The position numbers were made by a program, and so were the translations under genes. This document shows, one piece after another, positions 53,861-64,000 of a DNA stretch of 64,000 nucleotides. The stretch is from Ptychomitrium polyphyllum (lineage: Eukaryota). Below the pieces are notes generated by a model that worked only from the letters and a program-made list of their open reading frames with translations, made no database searches and was not told the origin of the DNA. Position 1 is the first letter of the stretch. Every line of letters begins with the position of its first letter. The DNA is taken from assembly GCA_973851085.1 (NCBI GenBank), contig OZ316776.1, positions 14,570,001 to 14,634,000 on the forward strand, given 5' to 3'.

Positions 53861-55671
53861 CCGTCGCTTCGTCAACCTTCACACCTTTCATATTCACATG
53901 GTTTCCACGAAGGTAGATAAAAGTGCAAGTGCGTGAATTCCAAAACAGGAGCTCTGCTCTGGATGAAAGCGTACACATGGGGTAGAGCTCATTCCCGTAA
54001 TCACAAAGGAATGATGCACGTTATCTGTGAAAGCCCTGACCAGGCGAAAAATGATGCACGTTACCATCCTGCAAATTGGCCAAGTCCCACTATCTGAATG
54101 TTGCTGGCACTTCAACCCACTGTATATTCTATTGTACACAATGACCTTAGGAGGGTTTTCCCCTTTGCAATCGAGGCTGGAAGATCCACATTGGTTTCCA
54201 CCATTGCCAATCAAATTGGTTATAGAACTATAGGGCCCTCAAATCGTTATGTCGGCCATGGCTTGCTACCGAACAGATTGTATGAATTATCTTCAAATTC
54301 TTCTACCAGGCAAAACTCTAAACACTAAACCTGAGCATTCCAAATGTGAAATACCTGCTCACCTAGACATGGAACCAGAGTGAACTCAATGTTGCACATG
54401 AACAGGACCGAATTCACATCAGCCAACCATGCGACATTACGGCTTCCGCTCCCCCTCCAAAGAGTCGTTTGGCGTGAATAATACATTCTCCCCCTTATCA
54501 TCTGCTCAACTGCTGCTCACCTGCAGGAGCTAGGTCAGCTCCTTACAAACCGCATCGTAGGAGCTATGGTGCAGTGCAAGGCTCATCTGAATCAGAATCA
54601 GTATAAGCTTGGCATAGTCTTGCAGATCCGATTCTAGAGATGATGTTTCAGAGCACTAGAGATTGGATTGAAAAATAGCGTTGCAAAGTACAGCAGAAGA
54701 ACTGAACAAGTGGAAAGAACTTCGACGTGGGAATTTCCAAATCGTCACCATTTGTGGTGACTTAACTGGCCCTGTGGCTGGACGAACTACTGTACTGCTG
54801 TGTGTTTAGCGAGGTGAGCAGTGTATTATGGCAGAGCCTGGTAGTGTCTTGATTAATTAATCAATCAAGCAAAGTAGTTTGCTATGTCCCATGCCATGCG
54901 CCTTGCCATGCCCCATGCCATGCCAAAGGCCCTCCACTTCCGCGCTTCTCCTTCCGCCTCCACTCCACCCTAATCCGTGAATCCACCTCCAAATCGTACG
55001 ACAATGGTACATACTTCTCCCGTCCTCCACAATTAATCAATTGATCGAACTGCAAAGAAATTTTGGTTGCATAGTGAGGTGGCAATTCTTTCCATTGTCT
55101 AGTTTGTCTCTCACTCACCATGACTCCATACTTCAGGGTTTTTTTAATCTTCACATAGTAATGCCACACGTGACACTCCAATATTTAAAGGTTTTGTAAA
55201 GTTTCACAGCATCCAAGTCAAAAAGATCACAGTATCACAGATTATGTCAAATGTTGCAAAATTAAACTGATGACTAATTTCCATCACACATCAAATATTC
55301 TCCTCGATCAAATCAACATTCCAGTGCAGTTAGCAAACTATTTGAAGGAACAAGGTGCATTGTAGAAAACCACATGAAATGTTCGTTCAAAAACCACTCA
55401 GCTTATTTAGCGCAGACCCACTCCAGTTCTATCTATCACCCCGTCGATCACCCCATCTTGTCATCTCACCCACCTCAACAGAAGGGGCATACACCTTCCA
55501 CAGCACGCACCACAAATCCTGGACATGATGTCCACTGCAGGCGACGGTACTGCCACTCTACGTTCTCTCCCACATTATCTTAGTCATGAGACCACGTTTA
55601 TCCGCGCTCTGACGTAACGCCTGGTTCCCAATCTTGGAACCCACGCGAAACCAAGCAAACGCGCCATCACC

Positions 55672-57570
55672 ATGGTGCGCGCTCTAGGGCTTCTCCTCCC
55701 TCGCTCTCCTCGCCTCCTCTCTGCCCCATCTCAGCCCCTCTCGCGAACCCGAGGATTCTCTCGCCCCTCTCACACTCACAAGGCTCGCTTTGCAGTTTCC
55801 CGAGAGAGATTGGTTTCCACTCGCTGGGGCAAAACCATACGTTTTGAACTTAATACCATCAGTTTTGAGACCATACCCACAAGTTTGGGCACCAAAGCCA
55901 GCAGTTTCGTGGGCAGAGCTACGAGTTTTGGGAGCAAAGGTACGAGTTTGGGCGTTTCTAAAGCTGGGAGAGGGGTGATGGCGAAGGCGGGGATGGTGTC
56001 GGAGGTGGGGTTGACGAAGACGGCGACGGCGGTGGTGCCCGAGATTACAGTGAGGGTTGGGGAGGGGGAGACGGGGAAGTGGAGGGGGGACTTGTTGGTG
56101 GTCGGGGTGTTTGAGGGGAGTGCAGGGAAGGGGGAGAGTGGGAAGTTTGCGAATGCGGAGTTGGGGGCGTTGGATGAGCTGGTTGGGGGATTGTTGAGCG
56201 AAATTGCGACGGAGGAGGACTTCGCTGGGAAGCCGGGGCAGAGCACGTTCCATCGGATAGCGGGGTGTGGGTTCAAGCGGGTGGGGATGGTGGGGTTGGG
56301 GAAAGTGGAGAAGGCGACGGCGACGACGAAGGTGTGGAGGACGCTGGGTGAGAGTGTTGGCGCTGCGGCGAAGGCCGCGCAGTCTGGGTCGGCTGCGGTG
56401 GTGGTTGTGGATGCGGGGAGTTTGGGGGAGGATGTGAAGCATGCGGCGGTGACGACCATCACTGCGGGCGCGGTACTGGGGTCGTTTGAGGATATGAGGT
56501 TTAAGTCGGAGTTCAAGAAGCCGCTATTGAAGAGTATGGAGTTTCTAGGGTTGGGCTCAGGGTCGCAGTTGGAGGGGCCCATATCGCAGGCTGTGAAGCA
56601 ATCCACGGGTGTCATTCTGGCGAAGCAGCTGGTGAATGCACCTCCGAATGTGCTGATTCCGAGCGTCATGGCTGATGAAGCCAAGGAGATTGCGGCTGCG
56701 CATGAAGATGTGATGACATGTCAGATTTTGGAGAAGGAGGAGTGCGAGAAGCTTGGGATGGGTGCTTACCTTGGGGTGTCTGCGGCCTCTACCAATCCTC
56801 CGAAGTTCATCCATATGCGTTACTCGCCCGCAGGGGCGGTGACCACAAAGCTGGCGATCGTCGGGAAGGGTTTGACGTTTGACAGCGGAGGCTACAATCT
56901 TAAGACCGGACCTGGCTGTATGATCGAGCTCATGAAGTTTGATATGGGCGGTGCGGCTGCGGTGCTTGGATGCGCGAAGGCTATTGCTTCCATCAAGCCA
57001 GAAGGCGTTGAAGTGAACTTCATTGTTGCAGCATGTGAGAATATGATTAGTGGTGGAGGCATGAGACCCGGTGATATTCTGACAGCATCCAACGGAAAGA
57101 CAATTGAGGTGAACAACACCGATGCTGAAGGCAGGCTCACCTTGGCAGATGCCCTTGTATACGCAAGCAAGCTCAAAGTGGACAAGATTGTGGATCTGGC
57201 AACCCTAACCGGAGCGTGCATCATTGCGCTTGGAAATGAGATCGGAGGAATGTTTACTCCCAGTGATGAGCTTGCTGAAGAGCTGACGGCAGCGTCCAAG
57301 AAAGGAGGGGAGAAGTTCTGGAGGATGCCCATGGAGGATAGTTACTGGGAAATGATGAAATCCAACATCGCCGATATGGTCAATACGGGCGGTCGTCCTG
57401 GCGGGTCCATCACAGCCTCGCTGTTCTTGAAGCATTTTGTGGATGAAAACATTCCGTGGGCGCACTTGGACATTGCTGGACCGGTCTGGAAAGATAAGAC
57501 CGGAGGAACAGGTTTTGCAGTGGCCACTTTGGTGGAGTGGGTTGTGAAGCACAAGACATCGTTGTCGTAA
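55672..57570 (+). CDS. LAP: Leucyl aminopeptidase (peptidase M17) with N-terminal transit peptide, intronless
   Basis: 632-aa ORF with VGKGLTFDSGG, MKFDMGGAA, NTDAEGRL, DLATLTGA and WAHLDIAG. Confidence 0.97.
   Translation: MVRALGLLLPRSPRLLSAPSQPLSRTRGFSRPSHTHKARFAVSRERLVSTRWGKTIRFELNTISFETIPTSLGTKASSFVGRATSFGSKGTSLGVSKAGRGVMAKAGMVSEVGLTKTATAVVPEITVRVGEGETGKWRGDLLVVGVFEGSAGKGESGKFANAELGALDELVGGLLSEIATEEDFAGKPGQSTFHRIAGCGFKRVGMVGLGKVEKATATTKVWRTLGESVGAAAKAAQSGSAAVVVVDAGSLGEDVKHAAVTTITAGAVLGSFEDMRFKSEFKKPLLKSMEFLGLGSGSQLEGPISQAVKQSTGVILAKQLVNAPPNVLIPSVMADEAKEIAAAHEDVMTCQILEKEECEKLGMGAYLGVSAASTNPPKFIHMRYSPAGAVTTKLAIVGKGLTFDSGGYNLKTGPGCMIELMKFDMGGAAAVLGCAKAIASIKPEGVEVNFIVAACENMISGGGMRPGDILTASNGKTIEVNNTDAEGRLTLADALVYASKLKVDKIVDLATLTGACIIALGNEIGGMFTPSDELAEELTAASKKGGEKFWRMPMEDSYWEMMKSNIADMVNTGGRPGGSITASLFLKHFVDENIPWAHLDIAGPVWKDKTGGTGFAVATLVEWVVKHKTSLS
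55834..55959 (+). repeat. Degenerate 21-bp (7 aa) tandem repeat x6 in LAP N-terminal extension
   Basis: TIRFELN/TISFETI/PTSLGTK/ASSFVGR/ATSFGSK/GTSLGVS; a GTTT core recurs every 21 nt. Confidence 0.7.
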
Positions 57571-58656
57571 ATGCGTTTAGGCTGGCGTTCACTTCTGTAT
57601 TCAATAACAAGTGCTGAGATACGAATATATTGGTTATGGCAAAAAATTATTTGGATCAGTGTATGCAGTAGTCTATTGCGTCAGTTCATTTATATCTTGT
57701 GTATCAATTGTTTAGAGAGCATTTGAAAATTTCATTAAAACGACGTGCCATTTTTGATTACGTGGGCCTTTCGAAGTTAACCTTCCCATACTAGGTCACA
57801 TCAGGGGCGGAAGACCTATCATTATTGGCTCAATGCATATATGCTCTAGGTTATTTTTCTTACAAGGACTGTTGTGGCAGATGGAAACGTACTTTTGGAG
57901 TTACACATCTTAGTCACCGATGCATGGTCTTCCTTGGGGGTGGTGTGAGTAGGAGTCGGCATGCCATTTAATGGACGATTTTTCCTTCACTCTTCAGAAT
58001 ACTTCTGGTTGTGCACCTTCACATGTCGTCCCTTGAGACATTCAGTATTTTGCCTCTGCACTGGATATTCTTGGCTTCAATACCTCATTTACTGTATGAG
58101 GTATATATGTTTATTCAACTTTCCAGGTTACGGTGAAGGCGGAGTGATAGTGTATAGATCGGTGTAAATTTTCTTTAGAAGAATCTGTGATGACAGCCAC
58201 TCACTGGGGAATAAAATGAAAACTAAAAATATAGATTCAGTGCTCTATTAATTTCGAGGTTGTGATGAACGGTCGCTGTGGGTGTTACTCTCTTATGAAT
58301 ACAGATTTCCAGCAGGTCATCAGAGGCGCTTCATTAAAACAATGAGTGTCATACGTTAGACTCTTAAACCTCACCACTCATCAACTTGCTCAACTTACAT
58401 TTTCCTGATATTTTTCTTCTAGTTCCAATCCTAACCAATTGAACTGGTCAGAACCTACATTGCAATTTTTGGTCATGAAGCATACCACTACCGAAACTTC
58501 TTTTGGGGGCTCAGGTGGTTTGCTTCTAAGAGAGTCCATTAAGCAAGTGATAAAAGCCAATGCTTTGTACACTTTGTCCATGGATATTATTTAGTGTAAT
58601 GACATTAGATCCACATGATATTGCCCTTAATTGCCTTACTTTTCGGATTGACTACT

Positions 58657-58707
58657 CACTCCAATAGATGCTTCACTCCAATAGATGCTTCACTCCAATA
58701 AATGCTT
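58657..58707. repeat. 17-bp tandem repeat x3
   Basis: cactccaata(g/a)atgctt x3. Confidence 0.85.
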
Positions 58708-61599
58708 GAATTCACTTTTGTGTTTATTCAAAGTTGCTATTTTTTGAAAGTCACACCTTTTAGCCTTAACTTTTAGTATTTAATTTTTTGAATTAATTCC
58801 AAGTAAGTTAACAACACCTGAAGAAGTCTATGGTTGGAATTGAATTGCACCAATTCAATAATTATGTGTCAAATCATCAACATGCTTTGGTACCTTCAAT
58901 TCATTTCCATTGGAGACAAGATTTTGGTTCTTTCAAGGATTGTATTTGAAAAGAAATTTCTTTGGTAATATTATGGAATATGTTATTTGATAGCTATAAA
59001 AATATTTGTTTGTTTATTAAATAACTCAAGTCTTGTAGATACATAATTTTCTTTGTATGTTTGTAATATTTCAAATGCTCTTCAAAATCTTATTCCTACA
59101 ATTCCAAGTATTCATAATCTACAATATAACTATATAATTTTCTAAAAACTCTATCTTTATTTAATACTACTATATTATTTTTTATAAACTTTATCTTTAT
59201 TCAATGGTACATTAGATGTTGAGGTCTTTATAAACAATGTTGTATTTGTGTGACAAGTCCTTTCCAAGTGCAACATGGTTTATAATCAATTCAACATATC
59301 TAGTGTCCTTGTGAAATGATCCATGGTTCTTGTCGAAATTAGTTGTCATGTTGCAACCAATGACCCCTCCATAGATATGCTTCCATAGATATGACCATCA
59401 AAAATATAAACTTGCCATTCTTCAATAATGTTGCACACTGAATATTACATTGGAATCTAAATAGCTAAGGTTTTCTAAGCTTGGTACATTATAGAATCTT
59501 GGCACTAAATTATAGCATTGAATTTTAGCATTTCTTTCTTAAACACCTTATGAAATCCAAAGTGCAAATAATTTATCTTCCTTGAATTATCTATAACTAA
59601 GCTTACAAAAAAATATCTAAATCTACAACTACTGAGGTATATTAGAATGTGCACACTCAAAGCAAATACTTATGAAAAGATTTAACTTAGAAGAATAGCA
59701 TTAATGATTGTACAAGTGCAAATTAAAACTTAGAATTGATGGTTTAAAAACCATCAATGATTGAGTTTTTTTTTTTTTTAATTCAAAGAGAATACATTCC
59801 AACAAAGAAATAATAATCTACCTTATTAATGAATAACTGTAAGAGTCATAAAATATTTGTATGTAATTGATTGCAAATCAATCACTATGCAAAATGGTTC
59901 ATTCTCAATGCAGCACCACCTATGTTTTTTAGTGTTTTAATTAGTATACCTTTTCAATGTCTTAAATAAGTAATTTAATTGTTTTTAAATTTTGGTGCTG
60001 TGTATAGAGCATATTGATACTTGCACTCTTACTTCTTCACAACAGTTGCAATATTTCATCCATTTAAATTATGACACTTCAATATTTGACCTTTTTTTTG
60101 TGAGCCTTTATGCTAAAAATAGTAAATTTTATCAACAACAAAAAAAACTCTAAGAAGCTTTCAAGATAAAAATAATCACACTACATAAATCCAAATAATT
60201 TTGGTTTATATAAGGCTCTAATGTTGATTATGTGTAGGTTTTGTATAGATTATGTTAATTAAATTTAAAATTATAGCATCTCATAATTTTTCAATTCCTT
60301 GTACAATTTTAATATGTTGAAATTGTAATCTTGGAATAAAAACTAGCTCCAAAGACTCCAATTATAAATCTTTTGTAACTTAAAAAATCTACTTTTTTCT
60401 TATAATAATTGATTTCAATGAATTACAATAATTGCTATCTAGTAACTTAATATAAATATTATATTGTTTTATTTCATGAATGTTGCAATGCATAGCGTAA
60501 TTTCACAAACAATTATTTAGCAGAAAATTATATTGTTTTCTTATACTAATCTTTTTTTCAATAAGGCCTTTCCATTAGTTAGGAAAGGCCTAAGTTTACC
60601 AATGTGGAAGTTTTTACCATATTGTTGGAAAATTTTGTGATTTTTCAACAAAATTACATACTTTTGTTAGTGCTTGGTAGCATAGAAAATAAATTTTTGA
60701 AATACTTATGATAAAACTTAATAACAAAGGAAACTAAAACAAAAACTAGCCTATGTCAGGTTGTGAAACAATTCTAAACAACATTATGTCATTATTTTCC
60801 ATAACTCTCTATTAATTCCACACCTTATTCCAAAACTCCATGTCCATGGCCTACTACAAAACAATGTAATATTCATCACTAATGCACTACTTTTTACTCC
60901 AACTATGTTGTGCAAATTCTTAAAGAGGAAGGAAAAGAAAGGAAAACGAAAGTACTTTCTGGATTCACTCAAATGTGATAAATATTTTTCAATTCTCATT
61001 TTTGGAAGTAAAAAAAGAAAAAAATGAAAATAGATAAATGAAATGGCCACCTTATTTTCACAGTGGTTTCATGCTAAAAGTTGGCATTCCACACCAAATC
61101 AATGTTACAGAGCTAAACATAGTTTCACAATAATCGCTTTCCTCGAGATTCAGTGGGAATCTTTACAAACTCTGAAATTTTACGATTCTGAATATTTTCA
61201 AAGCAATGCACGGTTTGTGTACTACCATTAGTTTTCATGAAATTATGGTCATTTTTGAAGTTAGAATGTCACCTTTGAATTGCATCTCTGTGAAGCAATC
61301 CATTACTTTCTGTCTACGTGTCTATACTTACAAATGTACCACTTATCTTGGAGCTGCTGTTGCAATGGCATTCCAAACAAACATCAAGCGGTGGACCATT
61401 CTTATATCATCATTATCAATACTATCAGACTTTTCTGGTTAGTTGAACGCGAGAATTACCTGTTCACTCCGAGTCTCGACGTCAGGTCCAAGAGCAGGTT
61501 CCGTGTCACCAGTGTTTTCAAAAAACAATGCACAATCACCAAACTTGACCGGACGTGTTTAGGAACCAACAGAGAAAGCAACTTGTTCAATCTATGTAG

Positions 61600-62060
61600 A
61601 TTTTATGTAAAGAGAAGAGGCAAGAAGATTGCTCCAAAAAGGAGCGTTTAGTTTAACATCAGTGCGACACTTTAGTTGTAACAACCCAGCAACAACGTTT
61701 GATAGCTTTTGATCTCAATCAGGAACTTGGTGTTGTTGGGAAACTGCCCCAAATACTGTTCAAACTTCTCAGCCGTACCTTCTAAGTTACTTCTAAGCAA
61801 TTTGGTCCTCTCTGCTTCTTGGCTTGGATGGTGTGCATCATAACATTCTTCATAACGAGAACCTACATCGCCAATTACTCTCTTCTATATTGCTTTGCTC
61901 TGCGAAGTTGAAGAATCGTATATCATTGGAAGGGATACATTCTTGCGAACGCCACTTCCACCAGCTATTCAAAACATTTAAGTGTAGGCATAGGCCACTC
62001 TGATGCGATTGTATGCTGATTGTTTGAGCTGATCGTGTGGCTGATGGGTGAAGAAGGTTG
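61600..62060 (-). pseudogene. Possible decayed coding fragment
   Basis: Higher-GC island reading ...KRVIGDVGSRYEECYDAHHPSQEAERTKLLRSNLEGTAEKFEQYLGQFPNNTKFLIEIKSYQ... interrupted by stops; family not recognised. Confidence 0.25.
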
Positions 62061-64000
62061 ATTCTTGATTGCTAACTGATATAAGATGGCGGTGATGTGT
62101 AAATAACCGCAAAGATAGGGTACTCATTGGTCGTTGCTACTGATATTTATGTAATGTACATAAATACTTGATTTCCTGTAACAAGTTAAAATATACATTC
62201 ATCTGTAATTTGGCATGGTATAACAAGGCCATGTCATTCAAATCTATTTATATTGCAAATAAAATCAAAGAATAAATTCTTGGACTCCACAAGCATTTTG
62301 TTTACCAGTAATGTTATGAAACACTTAAATGTAACAGTTTTGCGCATGTGCCATACACTTTCGGATTACATGATGTAAAGAGAAAGATTGTGTTTGCAAG
62401 AACTTGGAGTTTTAGAGAAATATTAGTTATGAAGCTCCAAAGTTTGAGTTACAGCTTACCTGGTAGCGGGGCAAGTGTGAATTTGCTTCGTCATGCATTG
62501 TCTCTTGTGATTCCATGAGACAATTTGAAATATCCACATTTATTTTTAATCTTTTTTATATGGGGCACAAGTTAAATAAAAAAATTGGTATTCACATATC
62601 TCCACCAATGAGGCAATTACAAATGAAACATTTGAACTGATGTATAATACTAAGTGTGATACCTTTATGCCTATGGTGGATTTTTATGTTTCATTTTGTG
62701 AATGACCATTTTGAATCCCTTTTCAATGTTAATAAGTTACTGAGGTATATATGCTTATTCCTGATACTTGGAGTTATTGAACATGTTTATATCTTTGAAC
62801 ATCAATTGTTATGTTTGATTATTTTGATTAGTTGACAAGGAATCCCATTATGTTTTGCCATGCATTGTTTGCACATCCTATGAATATCATATTACAAATT
62901 TCAAATAAATTTCAAATAAATTTATATAGATAATCGTGGGCATGCTCAATTGATTTACATCATTGTTTTTGTTATGCTTTTCATTTGTAGTATAAATTAA
63001 TTTCTCAGACCATAGATTCATAGATTTCTATTTAATTATATTGAATTCTATTTTTTCCTATAGTATGTTGAATAAACATTCTTCAACTATTCATCTAGCT
63101 TACCTTCATTTTAGACAATAATAAATCAAAACAAATGATAATGTCAACTTGAAGTATGAATGCGTGAAGGAACAACACTAGTTTATTAATTTGACATACA
63201 AATTCTCTTAATTTCCAATAAAACAAGATTTTAACAATGAAATTATATTTTTGAATAATGGTATTGTTCCTTCATTGAAAGATGTTGGAAGAATGTGTTC
63301 AAAACAATCATTAAAAGATGCTAATTTTATATAGATTTGCTTGAATTTTTTTATTTTTTTCATATTCATCGTGTAAACCACATTCTTTGTAATCATGATT
63401 ATTTATTTAATTATATATTTATAATTTATAATTTATAAAACCATATATATAATCCATATTTATATTTTATTTTTAAGAAAACCAAAAACGCTTTTTGTTC
63501 TTTTAAGGTGTTTGAACATATGGATGTAAAAGATACATAAATATAGATGAAGAAAATATTACGACCGTAATCTAGGTGCAATGAAGAATGATTTGTTCCT
63601 AACCTGGCTACTGCTCAAAAATGAAAAAGCGACTCTGACTTTAATGGCCAATGAAGTTGGTCCATCCAATGGTCAGGATCTAGTACTTACAGTTGTACAA
63701 AGCATACCAAGGGCCCACCTTTCTTAAGTTTATTGTAGAGAGAGAACACAGAATGTACTTGTTCAGACACTTTTGTATTACATAGTACAGTTGTTGTGGT
63801 ACTTTGAAGGACAAGACACTGTAACGATCCAGTTGGCGTTACATAGTACATGGTAGAGTATAGTCTACGTACATCAACGAGATCATCCTCTTATGATTCA
63901 ACAAAACACATCCTATGAAGTTGTTTGTATAACTGTGTTATCTCTCTTTTGCGAATCGTTTTTGGTTTCGATCTCTGGAAACAAACAAAGAATAACATTC

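Noticed and set aside
55684..57554. Long antisense ORFs (252, 302 and 146 aa) opposite LAP
   Set aside because: Shadow ORFs caused by the GC-rich codon bias of the LAP CDS
58657..58707. Direct repeats as a CRISPR-like array
   Set aside because: Contiguous 17-mers with no spacers, in a eukaryotic context

Overview
Eukaryotic land-plant nuclear DNA. The gene content, short GT-AG introns and long, very AT-rich intergenic blocks suggest a moss such as Physcomitrium, but the species is inferred. Intron-containing genes, in order: a PP7-type Ser/Thr phosphatase (-, runs off the left edge), a PIN4/Par14-type parvulin (-), an unidentified multi-exon gene (-), a small membrane-anchored Gly/Cys-tail protein (+), a type II 3-dehydroquinate synthase-like gene (-), a USP-like-domain gene apparently lacking its usual kinase (-), a multi-intron PPR gene (-), a TIC32-like SDR (+), a PIN-LIKES transporter (-) and an EF-hand gene (-). 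An intronless M17 leucyl aminopeptidase (+) follows. The most unusual locus is 23.8-29.7 kb. An apparently identical 1045-bp inverted duplication carries two outward-facing U6 snRNA genes with USE/TATA promoters. Its spacer is doubled across a 100-N gap, which is probably an assembly artefact. Underneath it lies an older, diverged inverted homology: a 9-nt microexon plus the following exon, found about 1025 nt on either side of the U6 TATA box. This suggests two paralogous spliced transcripts diverging from the U6 promoter region, with potential for hairpin RNA/dsRNA. Exon boundaries were read by eye and alignments were not computed.
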